Program-made: the position numbers and the translations under genes
Source: a virus
Lineage: Duplodnaviria; Caudoviricetes
Direction: 5' to 3' (one strand)
IMG/VR virus record: IMGVR_UViG_3300032312_000368
Coordinates: 1-33,692 of that record
DNA: 33,692 bases
Notes under the pieces: model-generated
Seen by the model: the letters and a program-made list of their open reading frames with translations, nothing else
Databases searched by the model: none
Told to the model about the DNA's origin: nothing
Shown here: piece after piece, positions 1-8,577 of the stretch
How the letters are laid out: every line of letters begins with the position of its first letter
Numbering within the stretch: position 1 is the first letter of the stretch

Positions 1-56
1 CCAGTCGCGGCGATGGCATTGCCCAGCGCGGCAAGACTCGCGGCAAAATTTGTTAA
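1..56 (+). CDS. 3' end of a small basic protein (...SRGDGIAQRGKTRGKIC), partial
   Basis: Open frame from nt 3 to TAA 54-56; peptide is nearly identical to the C-terminus of ORF 566-859. Confidence 0.75.
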   Translation, partial: SRGDGIAQRGKTRGKIC

Positions 57-65
57 GGGGTTGAT

Positions 66-296
66 ATGAACGATATGATGATGAAGAAGAAAAAGCCACG
101 CGGGCTCGAGGATGGCGTTTACACAGAAGACTCTGGTCTTCCTCCTCCTCAAGACATTGATGGCGGTTCGGCTCCCAAGCCAAAAAAGCCAAAGGCTTAC
201 GCCAAAGGTGGCATGACTCGCGCTGACGGTTGCATTACAAAGGGCCACACAAAGGGTCGCATGGTCAAAATGGCTTACGGCGGAAAGACCTGCTGA
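66..296 (+). CDS. Small Lys-rich hypothetical late protein with two AxGG motifs
   Basis: AAGGGG SD-like sequence upstream; YAKGG, MAYGG and RADGCITKGHTKGRMV motifs shared with neighbours. Confidence 0.8.
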   Translation: MNDMMMKKKKPRGLEDGVYTEDSGLPPPQDIDGGSAPKPKKPKAYAKGGMTRADGCITKGHTKGRMVKMAYGGKTC

Positions 297-297
297 C

Positions 298-573
298 ATG
301 ATGGCCAGTCGCGGCATGGGGAACATCGCCCCCTCTAAAATGCCCAAAGGCAAGCGTAAAGCTCGCCGGGATGACACCAACTTCACGCAGTACGCTGAAG
401 GCGGAAAAGTCAATGCGGCTGGCAATTACACCAAGCCAAGTCTGCGTAAGCGGATTGTGAGCCAAGTCAAGGCTGCTGCAACGCAGGGTACAGGGGCAGG
501 TCAGTGGTCCGCACGTAAAGCTCAGTTGGTAGCCAAGAAGTACAAAGCAGCTGGAGGCGGGTATCGTGACTGA
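298..573 (+). CDS. Small basic protein with GQWSARKAQ...GGGY motif (DUF5872-like, from recall)
   Basis: Starts 1 nt after the upstream stop; YAEGG followed by NYTKPSLRKRI...GQWSARKAQLVAKKYKAAGGGY. Confidence 0.8.
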   Translation: MMASRGMGNIAPSKMPKGKRKARRDDTNFTQYAEGGKVNAAGNYTKPSLRKRIVSQVKAAATQGTGAGQWSARKAQLVAKKYKAAGGGYRD

Positions 574-859
574 CAAAGAAATTGAATACAACGTCACCCC
601 GCAATTTTTGGCTTTGAACAAATACTTCAAGGGTGCTGGCGCTCGACTCTCGGCGTCCAAAGACTTGGATAGGTCGTCTAGAATTGAAGCGTATGCCGAC
701 TTGCTTGCGGCCTCACCAAAAGGCGGTGAGGCGTTTGTAAAGCCACAAAAAATTGGTTTGGAGTACCGCAAAACATTTGCAAAGGGTGGATCGGTGTCCG
801 CCTCCAAACGTGCAGACGGTATTGCTCAGCGCGGCAAGACCAAAGGCAGGATGGTGTAA
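566..859 (+). CDS. Hypothetical protein: beta-strand-like N-part, FAKGG and basic tail
   Basis: GTG start after GGAGG; overlaps the upstream stop; TAATG coupling to the next gene. Confidence 0.8.
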   Translation: MTDKEIEYNVTPQFLALNKYFKGAGARLSASKDLDRSSRIEAYADLLAASPKGGEAFVKPQKIGLEYRKTFAKGGSVSASKRADGIAQRGKTKGRMV

Positions 860-1092
860 TGAAAGCGCCGCAGAAGTCGCTCAAAGATTGGGGCGATCAA
901 AAATGGAGAACCAAAAGTGGAAAACCGTCTAGTAAAACAGGTGAGCGATACCTTCCAGAAGCTGCGATCAAAAGTCTCAGCTCGTCTGAGTACGCTGCTA
1001 CAACTCGTGCAAAGCGTGCTGGCAAAAAAGCCGGGAAGCAATTCGTAGCACAACCCAAGACCATCGCAAAGAAAACAGCAGGGTTTAGATAA
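859..1092 (+). CDS. Small basic protein (QKSLKDW...RYLP...GKQFV motif)
   Basis: TAATG coupling at both ends; very basic composition. Confidence 0.85.
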   Translation: MKAPQKSLKDWGDQKWRTKSGKPSSKTGERYLPEAAIKSLSSSEYAATTRAKRAGKKAGKQFVAQPKTIAKKTAGFR

Positions 1093-1790
1093 TGGCAACT
1101 TCCGGCACTTCCTCATTCAACCTCGACTTAACAGAGATCGTTGAGGAAGCGTTCGAGCGCGTGGGCAGTGAGATGCGTACAGGCTACGACCTGCGCACGG
1201 CCCGCCGTTCGATGAACCTGATGTTTGCAGACTGGGCCAACCGTGGCCTGAACATGTTCACTTACGAGCAGGGCTCGATCCCGCTTGTGGCTGGTACAGC
1301 AACGTACAACTTGCCTGAAGACACCGTGGACTTGCTTGAGCATGTTATCCGCACGGGCGCGGGCAGCGCCTCCACGCAGGCCGATCTGACTATCACGCGT
1401 ATCAGTGTTTCTACTTACGCCACGATTCCAAATAAGCTGCAACAGGCCCGTCCAATTCAAGTTTGGATTGAGCGTTTAAACACACCGCGCTTTACCGTGT
1501 GGCCTGTGCCAGACAACAGCCAGCCATACACCTTTGTGTACTGGCGCTTGCGTCGCATTCAAGACGCGGGCAACGGTGTAAACACAATGGACATGCCGTT
1601 CCGGTTCTTGCCCTGCATGGTGGCAGGCTTGGCCTACTACTTGGCCCTGAAAGTGCCCGGCGGTACAGAACGCCTTGGCGTGCTCAAACAGCAATACGAC
1701 GAGGCTTGGGACTTGGCCAGCTCCGAAGACCGTGAGAAGGCCGCTGTGCGCTTTGTGCCACGCCGCCAATACCTTGGAAGCGGTACGTAA
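1092..1790 (+). CDS. Putative head-tail adaptor / DNA stabilisation protein
   Basis: 232 aa; helical N-terminus (IVEEAFER...ARRSMNLMFADWANRG), beta middle with VWPVPD, helical C-terminus (GLAYYLA); position before tail genes. Function is inferred. Confidence 0.65.
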   Translation: MATSGTSSFNLDLTEIVEEAFERVGSEMRTGYDLRTARRSMNLMFADWANRGLNMFTYEQGSIPLVAGTATYNLPEDTVDLLEHVIRTGAGSASTQADLTITRISVSTYATIPNKLQQARPIQVWIERLNTPRFTVWPVPDNSQPYTFVYWRLRRIQDAGNGVNTMDMPFRFLPCMVAGLAYYLALKVPGGTERLGVLKQQYDEAWDLASSEDREKAAVRFVPRRQYLGSGT

Positions 1791-2180
1791 ATGGGTAATC
1801 GGTTTGCCAGTGGCAAGAACTCGATCGCCCAGTGCGATCGTTGTGGTTTCCGTTTTAAACTCACGGAACTGCGCAAAGAGATTATCAAGACCAAGACTTA
1901 CAATCTCTTGGTCTGCGACTCGTGTTGGGACCCTGATCAGCCGCAGTTGCAATTGGGCATGTATCCTGTGGATGACCCACAGGCTGTGCGTAATCCCCGG
2001 CAAGACACCACATATGTGACTGCCGGGACGAACGTAGCGGGTTTCCCAACGGGAGGTTCTCGGGACATTCAGTGGGGCTGGAACCCTGTTGGAGGTGCTC
2101 GGTTCTTTGAAGACGATCTAACCCCTAACTATTTGGTATTGACTACAGCAGTCGGCCAAGTGACAATTGCAACATCTTAA
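1791..2180 (+). CDS. Zn-binding (CxxC...CxxC) hypothetical late protein
   Basis: CDRC and CDSC pairs; starts directly after the upstream stop. Confidence 0.8.
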   Translation: MGNRFASGKNSIAQCDRCGFRFKLTELRKEIIKTKTYNLLVCDSCWDPDQPQLQLGMYPVDDPQAVRNPRQDTTYVTAGTNVAGFPTGGSRDIQWGWNPVGGARFFEDDLTPNYLVLTTAVGQVTIATS

Positions 2181-2190
2181 GGAGCCTGAA

Positions 2191-2367
2191 ATGAACCCAA
2201 ACGAAGCACTCAAAGCACACATGCGCAAGGGCATGAAAGCTGCGCACCCCGATGCCGCAGTTAAGAAAATGCGAGCCGGTGGTAAGACCAACAGCGACAT
2301 GTTGAAGATGGGTCGCGGCTTGGCCAAAATTGCCAACCAAAAATCCTCCGGTCGCAAAGGAGCCTGA
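2191..2367 (+). CDS. Small basic hypothetical protein (MRAGG motif)
   Basis: AAGGAG SD before ATG 2191, preferred over the ORF-track start 2167. Confidence 0.75.
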   Translation: MNPNEALKAHMRKGMKAAHPDAAVKKMRAGGKTNSDMLKMGRGLAKIANQKSSGRKGA

Positions 2368-2368
2368 C

Positions 2369-2605
2369 ATGGCCAAGATCAACAACCTCCCCGCTTCTGC
2401 GTACGCGAAGCCTCACACAATGTCGGGCAAAACTGTCACTGCCGTGTTGCCCGACACTGACAACAAGAAGTACATGCGCGACATGAACGTCTCTGTTGGC
2501 ACGAACCACAGCAACGACTACCCACCGACCAAAACCTCGGGCATCAAAATTCGAGGCACTGGCTGCGCTACAAAAGGCGTGATGGCTCGCGGCCCGATGG
2601 CTTGA
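2369..2605 (+). CDS. Small hypothetical protein with IRGTGCATKG basic tail
   Basis: AAGGAG SD before ATG 2369, preferred over 2330; the AAGGAGCCTGA context is the same as for the previous gene. Confidence 0.8.
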   Translation: MAKINNLPASAYAKPHTMSGKTVTAVLPDTDNKKYMRDMNVSVGTNHSNDYPPTKTSGIKIRGTGCATKGVMARGPMA

Positions 2606-2612
2606 TACGAAC

Positions 2613-3293
2613 ATGAACTACACCCAGTTGACCGCTGCAATCTGCGATTACACGCAGAACTTCGACCAAGACTTCATTGACAACATCCCGGTGTTTGTCA
2701 AGCAGGCGGAGCAGCGCATCTACAATACGGTGCAGTTTCCCTCGCTTCGTAAGAACGTCACTGGTTTGACCACGACAAACAACAAGTATTTGTCCGCTCC
2801 GGGCGACTTTTTGGCTGTGTATTCGCTGGCGGTGGTTGATGCCACTGGCGCGTACGAGTACCTGCTGAACAAAGATGTTAACTTCATCCGGCAGGCATAT
2901 CCAACGCCGACGAGCACTGGCTTACCCAAGTATTACGCGTTGTTTGGTCCTACAACCACGAACGATGCAACGCCTGTCATCACAAACGAGCTGTCCCTTA
3001 TTTTGGGCCCAACGCCTAATGCGGCGTATACCGCTGAGCTGCACTATTATTACTACCCTGAGTCGATCAGTGTAGCTGCTTCCGGCCAGACATGGCTTGG
3101 CGACAACTTTGACTCCGTGCTGCTGTACGGCTCACTGGTTGAGGCAAACACCTTTATGAAGGGTGAGGCCGACATGACTGCTCTGTATAACGGCAAGTAC
3201 AACGAAGCACTTGCACTGGCCAAGCGTCTGGGTGATGGAATGGAGCGTCAAGATGCGTACCGTTCCGGCCAATACCGACAGGCGGTGACTTGA
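2613..3293 (+). CDS. Putative second adaptor / tail tubular protein A-like
   Basis: 226 aa; helix-beta-helix layout (AEQRIY...GLPKYY...LGPTP...LLYGSLVEA) as in podovirus-type adaptor rings; inferred. Confidence 0.6.
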   Translation: MNYTQLTAAICDYTQNFDQDFIDNIPVFVKQAEQRIYNTVQFPSLRKNVTGLTTTNNKYLSAPGDFLAVYSLAVVDATGAYEYLLNKDVNFIRQAYPTPTSTGLPKYYALFGPTTTNDATPVITNELSLILGPTPNAAYTAELHYYYYPESISVAASGQTWLGDNFDSVLLYGSLVEANTFMKGEADMTALYNGKYNEALALAKRLGDGMERQDAYRSGQYRQAVT

Positions 3294-3294
3294 T

Positions 3295-3711
3295 ATGGCT
3301 TTTGAACAGACCCTTACCACAAGCTTCAAGCAGGACATCTTGCTTGGAGTTCACGACCTTGACACCGACACCATCAAGATGGCGTTGTATTATGCAACCG
3401 CCGATCTTGGCGCTTCTACCACTGTTTACACAACAACCAGCGAAACAGTTGGTACGGGCTATACGGCTGGCGGCAACGTGATGACTGGCGTGACGGTGTT
3501 GACCGCTGACACCACAGCTTACGTGGATTTTGCAGATACCGTGTGGAACCCCGCAAGCTTTACCGCTCGCGGTGCGTTGATTTACAATGCAAGCAAAAGC
3601 AATAAAGCGATCGCGGTATTGGACTTTGGGTCGGACAAAACGACGACCACATCATTCACGGTGCAGATGCCCGCCAACACAGCGACCAGTGCGCTGATCC
3701 GTATTTCCTAA
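3295..3711 (+). CDS. Thr-rich virion structural (tail-associated) protein
   Basis: Thr/Ala/Gly-rich beta composition, GTGYTAGG and VLDFG motifs, located in the tail block. Confidence 0.65.
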   Translation: MAFEQTLTTSFKQDILLGVHDLDTDTIKMALYYATADLGASTTVYTTTSETVGTGYTAGGNVMTGVTVLTADTTAYVDFADTVWNPASFTARGALIYNASKSNKAIAVLDFGSDKTTTTSFTVQMPANTATSALIRIS

Positions 3712-3722
3712 AGGAGTTTCAA

Positions 3723-4244
3723 ATGAGCGTAGAAAAAGTCAAAGCCGGTGGTGTGTTCACCGTTCAATGTTTCGACAAAGATGGCCAGCTGAAGTGGCAA
3801 GCCCAAGAGCATAATCTCGTGGTCAACGTCGGCCTCAAGGACATGAACGAGAAGTACTTCACTGGATCGAGCTACACCGCACTTTGGTACTTGGGCCTAT
3901 ATGGCGCAGGTGCTTCAAATACCCCCGCTGCTGGCGACACAATGGCTTCCCACGCTGGCTGGACAGAAGTTACCGCGTATAGCCAAGCAACTCGCCCACA
4001 AGCAGTTTTTGGGACTTCCACTACGGCTGACCCATCCGTTATCAGCAACTCCGCTTCTGTTGCTGTGTTCAGCATCAACGGCACGAGTACGGTTGGCGGC
4101 GCGTTTCTGACGTCCAGCAACACCAAGGGCGGCACCACAGGCATTCTGTTCTCTGCTGGCGACTTCCAGTCCCCCGGCGATCGCTCCGTGGTTTCTGGTG
4201 ACACGCTCAACGTGACTTACCAATTCAGCCTCGACGCCGCGTAA
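3723..4244 (+). CDS. Virion structural (tail-associated) protein
   Basis: AAAGGAG SD; NLVVNVGL N-terminal and SGDTLNVTY C-terminal motifs; beta-rich. Confidence 0.65.
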   Translation: MSVEKVKAGGVFTVQCFDKDGQLKWQAQEHNLVVNVGLKDMNEKYFTGSSYTALWYLGLYGAGASNTPAAGDTMASHAGWTEVTAYSQATRPQAVFGTSTTADPSVISNSASVAVFSINGTSTVGGAFLTSSNTKGGTTGILFSAGDFQSPGDRSVVSGDTLNVTYQFSLDAA

Positions 4245-4252
4245 GGGGCAGT

Positions 4253-5095
4253 GTGTTTGCAGGCTCTCCATTTGCCACCGCACCGTTTGCCGCTCTGAGC
4301 GGCAACGTGTATTTGATCGCGGTAAACGAGGGCGCTGCAGGCACCGACACCTACCAAGCGCTGGCAGCTTTTCAAGCTGCTGTGGCCGAGTCAGCGACAG
4401 GAGCTGATGCGGTTGTATCCCGGGTAGTTTTCGTCTCGCTGGTAGCTGAGAGCGGAGCAGGCGCAGATCAGGTCAGCGCCAACTACAGTGTTAGCTCAGC
4501 CGTTTTTGAATCCGGCACGGGGTTTGACACTGTTTTTGGCAATCCCGGATTTGCCGTACAAGTACAGGAATCTGCCGCAGGCCTTGATGCCCCGAGCAGC
4601 CGTCCAGAATATGCCGTTCGGGTACTTGAGGGAGCCACAGGCGACGAGCTTGTTTCTGCGCTGGCAGACTTTACTGCTACGGTGGCAGAGAGCTCCACGG
4701 CAGCCGAGGCCCTCTTCTCGATCAAAGCCACAATGGTTTACGTCGCTGAAGGTGCGGTGGGTGGCGACACTGTGTCGGCCAACACGGTTGTTTTGGTGAG
4801 CGTTATCGAGGCGGCAACTGGCCAAGAGGTGGCGGCTGCTTCGGTAGATTTTGCATCCCTGATCCAAGAGTCCAGCACAGGCACCGAGACGGTAAGCACC
4901 AAGGCGCTTTTTAAAGCGTTGTTGAGCGAAATGGGTGTGGCTGCTGACAGCGTTCAGGCCCGCTTGCTTTGGGAAGTCATCAACGACAGTCAGTCCGTCA
5001 CATGGCAAAATGTGAACAGCGATCAGGGTACAACATGGCAAGTGATCGCCACGGCTGATAACCCCGGCTGGCAAATCATCAAAACACAGCCGTAA
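4253..5095 (+). CDS. Fibrous repeat protein (11 x 20-aa repeats plus four Trp at 11-aa spacing)
   Basis: GTG start after AAGGGG; Glu at residues 26, 46 ... 226; Trp at 240, 251, 262, 273. Confidence 0.75.
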   Translation: MFAGSPFATAPFAALSGNVYLIAVNEGAAGTDTYQALAAFQAAVAESATGADAVVSRVVFVSLVAESGAGADQVSANYSVSSAVFESGTGFDTVFGNPGFAVQVQESAAGLDAPSSRPEYAVRVLEGATGDELVSALADFTATVAESSTAAEALFSIKATMVYVAEGAVGGDTVSANTVVLVSVIEAATGQEVAAASVDFASLIQESSTGTETVSTKALFKALLSEMGVAADSVQARLLWEVINDSQSVTWQNVNSDQGTTWQVIATADNPGWQIIKTQP

Positions 5096-5104
5096 GGAAA
5101 GAAC

Positions 5105-5965
5105 ATGGCCCTCGTTGTAAAAGACCGAGTCAAGTCCAGTACCACCACAACGGGTACAGGCACGATCACGCTTGGCGCTGCGGCTGCAGGCTTTCAGGCA
5201 TTCTCCGTCATTGGGAACGGCAACACCACGTACTACGTCATTGTTGATTCCGTAAACAACACTTGGGAGGTTGGGCTCGGTACCTACACAGCTGCAGGGA
5301 CAACACTGTCGCGGGACGTCGTTTTGGAGTCCAGCAACAGCGGGTCACTTGTTAACTTTGCTGCGGGCTCAAAAGACGTGTTTGTTGCGTACCCCGCAGA
5401 GCAAGCCGTTTTCACGGACGTTGAACAGGTACTGACAAACAAAACGGTCACGGACAGCACATTCTTCATTCAGGACGATGCCGACACCACCAAGAAAGCC
5501 CAGTTTCAGCTTTCGGGCATCACTACGGCAACAACAAGAACGTACACGCTGCCCAATTTTACAGGTGCGCTTGCATCAATTGGTAATTTGACGCAGACAT
5601 TTTCTGGTACAACTACCTTTTCCGCCGCCACAGTAACCGTAGGTTCCTCCACAGCCGCCTCCACGTACGGCGTAGGTACGGGGGCGACAGCAACAGGCAA
5701 CACAAAGAACGTAAATATCGGCACCAGCGGAGCGTCTGGCTCCACAACGCTGATAACGCTCGGATCATCTACCGCAGGGGCCACAAGTAGGACGTCGGTT
5801 AATGGCAACTTGATCGCTGCAAGCGGGTTGATTGAAAACTCGGCGACTATTTCCGCAGACTACACTGTGCAAGCTGGCAACAACGCCATCAGCGGGGGCC
5901 CAGTTTCTGTTGCCAGTGGAATTACGGTGACGGTATCAAGCGGCTCCGTGTGGACCGTGGTGTAA
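5105..5965 (+). CDS. Tail fibre protein
   Basis: MALVVKDRVK..TTTTGTGT N-terminus, Thr/Gly/Ser-rich, ends GPVSVASGITVTVSSGSVWTVV. Confidence 0.75.
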   Translation: MALVVKDRVKSSTTTTGTGTITLGAAAAGFQAFSVIGNGNTTYYVIVDSVNNTWEVGLGTYTAAGTTLSRDVVLESSNSGSLVNFAAGSKDVFVAYPAEQAVFTDVEQVLTNKTVTDSTFFIQDDADTTKKAQFQLSGITTATTRTYTLPNFTGALASIGNLTQTFSGTTTFSAATVTVGSSTAASTYGVGTGATATGNTKNVNIGTSGASGSTTLITLGSSTAGATSRTSVNGNLIAASGLIENSATISADYTVQAGNNAISGGPVSVASGITVTVSSGSVWTVV

Positions 5966-5975
5966 AGGAAAAAAC

Positions 5976-7169
5976 ATGACCACAGTAATCAAAGGCGACA
6001 GCAACATTAATCTGGACTTCAGCACTGGTGGGCGTATCACTGGTGACTTCAGCAATGGAACTTTTGCCAACCGTGTAGCTTTTCAAACAAGTACAACTAA
6101 CGGCGCAACAACAGTTTATGCTATACCCAATGGCACTTCAACTACTTCTGGGTTTATTGCCAGCACGGACCCGTCCGTAGCAAATGGCTCCGAAGTTCGC
6201 GTAGTTGTTAACGGAACAACGGCCACCTTGACAAGCAGCGCAAGGGGCAGTGGAACTACGCTCCCAATGACTTTTGATGTTGGCAGTGAGAGGATGCGTA
6301 TCGACACCAGCGGTAACGTGGGTATTGGTACGAGTAGTCCCACATCAAATTTAGATGTGCGAGGTAACATGGCTGTTGGTCCTACGTCTGAAAAAGCAGT
6401 AATCCGTAGGGGTACAGTCAGCGGAAGTAACGGAATTTCAATCCAAGGAAATATAAACGATACTGTTAGCGACACAAACCCCGGCGCTTCTATTAATGTA
6501 GGCGGTGGTCCGCTGACAGATACTTTTGAAGGAAATATTCAATTAACCGCATACGGTAATACGGCGGGTGGGACTAGAAACAATATTATTTTTTCAAACA
6601 GAAGTGGCACTAACACTGTTACAGAACGTGCCCGTATCGACTCCAGCGGTAACTTGCTGGTGGGGACTACGAGCGCAACAGGAAGTGGAAAAACAGTAAT
6701 CAATGCAAGTAGCACAAATCCCGCATTGTCTTTAAGAACTCCATCCGCATCAGGAACAGTTGCTGTTCAAATTTTTTTTGATGGAGATGATACAGATTGT
6801 GGTTCTATTGACGTTAATACAACAGCAAACACAACTGCCTACACAACCTCATCCGACTACCGCTTAAAGCAAGATGTTGCGCCAATGACTGGGGCGCTTG
6901 AGAAAATCGCTGCGCTCAACCCTGTTACTTGGAACTGGAAACACGCCCCTGAAATTGCTGGTGAAGGCTTTATCGCCCATGAGTTGCAAGAGGTTGCGCC
7001 TAATTGCGTGACTGGTGAAAAAGACGCTGTAGACGCTGATGGCAACCCACAGTACCAAGGCATTGATACATCGTTCCTTGTGGCTACATTGACCGCAGCC
7101 ATCCAAGAACAGCAAGCCATCATCACCGCTTTGACCGCCCGAGTTGAAGCACTGGAAGGACAACCATGA
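5976..7169 (+). CDS. Tail fibre with C-terminal intramolecular chaperone (peptidase S74)
   Basis: SDYRLK autocleavage motif at 6852-6869, GFIAHE, terminal coiled coil; ERMRIDTSGNVGIG and ERARIDSSGNLLVG shaft repeats. Confidence 0.92.
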   Translation: MTTVIKGDSNINLDFSTGGRITGDFSNGTFANRVAFQTSTTNGATTVYAIPNGTSTTSGFIASTDPSVANGSEVRVVVNGTTATLTSSARGSGTTLPMTFDVGSERMRIDTSGNVGIGTSSPTSNLDVRGNMAVGPTSEKAVIRRGTVSGSNGISIQGNINDTVSDTNPGASINVGGGPLTDTFEGNIQLTAYGNTAGGTRNNIIFSNRSGTNTVTERARIDSSGNLLVGTTSATGSGKTVINASSTNPALSLRTPSASGTVAVQIFFDGDDTDCGSIDVNTTANTTAYTTSSDYRLKQDVAPMTGALEKIAALNPVTWNWKHAPEIAGEGFIAHELQEVAPNCVTGEKDAVDADGNPQYQGIDTSFLVATLTAAIQEQQAIITALTARVEALEGQP

Positions 7170-7828
7170 GTCTCGTAAAAGTTCAAGGCAACGCATCAGG
7201 CACTGGAACCCTGACGATTGCTGCTCCCAACACCAACACTGACTACACACTGACACTGCCTGACGCAACAGGAACTGTGCAAGTTTCTGGCAACCCAATT
7301 TCTGGCACAACGGGCACTTTTAGCGGTGCGGTGCAAGCCTCCGGCATTGCGACAAATCTGTACCCACTTGTCTCAGGCACCTCTGTTGCATCTACATCTG
7401 GCAGTTCTATTGACTTCACGGGCATCCCATCGTGGGTTAAGCGTATTACTGTGCTTTTTAACGAAGTTTCTTTAAGTGGAACTTCGGCTTATTTAATTCG
7501 TGTTGGTAATTCTGGTGGTGTTTCTTCTTCTGGTTACATATCTACTTCAAATCATTTTAACGCTAGTAGTGGTTCGGGTGGAAGCAATAACACAACTGGA
7601 TTTTTACTTTTTGAAAATACAGCCTCTAATAATTTGTCTGGAAAAATTAGTTTAGATTTTTTGTCAGGAAATTTATGGGTTTATTCATCTGTGTTTAAAA
7701 ATACAACATCTTTAGTTGGTATAGGCGCAGGGACAACAAGCATAGCAACATTAGACCGCATCCGCATCACAACAGTCAACGGTACTGATACCTTTGACGC
7801 TGGCTCAATCAACATCTTGTACGAGTAA
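7166..7828 (+). CDS. Tail fibre / receptor-binding subunit
   Basis: ATGA coupling; TLTLPDATGT shaft motif; Ser/Gly-rich C-domain GIPSWVKRIT...FDAGSINILYE. Confidence 0.7.
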   Translation: MSLVKVQGNASGTGTLTIAAPNTNTDYTLTLPDATGTVQVSGNPISGTTGTFSGAVQASGIATNLYPLVSGTSVASTSGSSIDFTGIPSWVKRITVLFNEVSLSGTSAYLIRVGNSGGVSSSGYISTSNHFNASSGSGGSNNTTGFLLFENTASNNLSGKISLDFLSGNLWVYSSVFKNTTSLVGIGAGTTSIATLDRIRITTVNGTDTFDAGSINILYE

Positions 7829-7837
7829 GGGGTAATC

Positions 7838-8032
7838 ATGGAACGTATTGTTGTAGATCTACAAGCTGGTACCACAACCACTGTGCCCTTTACAGCCGAG
7901 GAAATTGCTCAAGCGCAAGCAGATTATGCGGCTTGGCAAGCAGCCGAAGCCCAACGGGCAGCGACGTCTTCTCTTGAACAAATCGTAGCTCAGTTGCAAG
8001 CTGAGATCGCCGCCCTGAAAGGACAAGCATGA
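7838..8032 (+). CDS. Small coiled-coil protein, possible fibre assembly chaperone
   Basis: AAGGGG SD; heptad LEQIVAQLQAEIAALKG; lies between fibre genes. Confidence 0.65.
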   Translation: MERIVVDLQAGTTTTVPFTAEEIAQAQADYAAWQAAEAQRAATSSLEQIVAQLQAEIAALKGQA

Positions 8033-8568
8033 GCACCGTTGTAACAAAGAACGTGCAGGTTGGAACATCCGGCACTGCGTCAAACAACTTCACGCTGTAC
8101 CAACCAGCATCTCCTGATGGAACAGTACGCCTTGCCAACGGTAACAGCGGCACAACCACCGACCTTGTTCGTATTGACTCCAGCGGTCAACGCTCAACAA
8201 ACGTCGTATCCACTGTAGGCACTAGCTACAGTACACTGTACCCGGCATACGACTGCCGCGCATGGGTGAACTTCAACGGTACAGGCGCTGTGTCTATTCG
8301 TGCAAGCGGCAACGTCTCCAGCATCACGGACAACGGCACGGGTGATTACACGGTGAACTTTACAACTGCGATGCCGGATGTAGATTACGGATTTTCTGGT
8401 GGTGGCAACGCTTCTGGAACTGGAAACGATGCTCGTGGCCCGGTCATCACACAACACACAACGATGTCAACAAGCGCCCTTAGGTTTTATACAAACCGGA
8501 ACGGCGACAACGGAGCTGGGCCAGTGAACTTGGACTACAGCATCGTGTGCGTAGCAATCTTCCGCTGA
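8029..8568 (+). CDS. Tail fibre distal subunit
   Basis: ATGA coupling; RAWVNFNG...NVSSITDNGTGDYTVNF motif typical of fibre C-terminal domains. Confidence 0.7.
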   Translation: MSTVVTKNVQVGTSGTASNNFTLYQPASPDGTVRLANGNSGTTTDLVRIDSSGQRSTNVVSTVGTSYSTLYPAYDCRAWVNFNGTGAVSIRASGNVSSITDNGTGDYTVNFTTAMPDVDYGFSGGGNASGTGNDARGPVITQHTTMSTSALRFYTNRNGDNGAGPVNLDYSIVCVAIFR

Positions 8569-8577
8569 AAGAAACAA

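Noticed and set aside
3460-3752. YTAGG and VKAGG in tail proteins (also FDEGG in the giant protein) as extra AxGG sites
   Set aside because: They lack the Ala at position 2 and appear to lie inside folded or Gly-rich domains; not counted
6772-6779. T8 run (and G7 at 16282-16288) as phase-variation or frameshift sites
   Set aside because: Both frames are intact and I found no supported alternative-frame product
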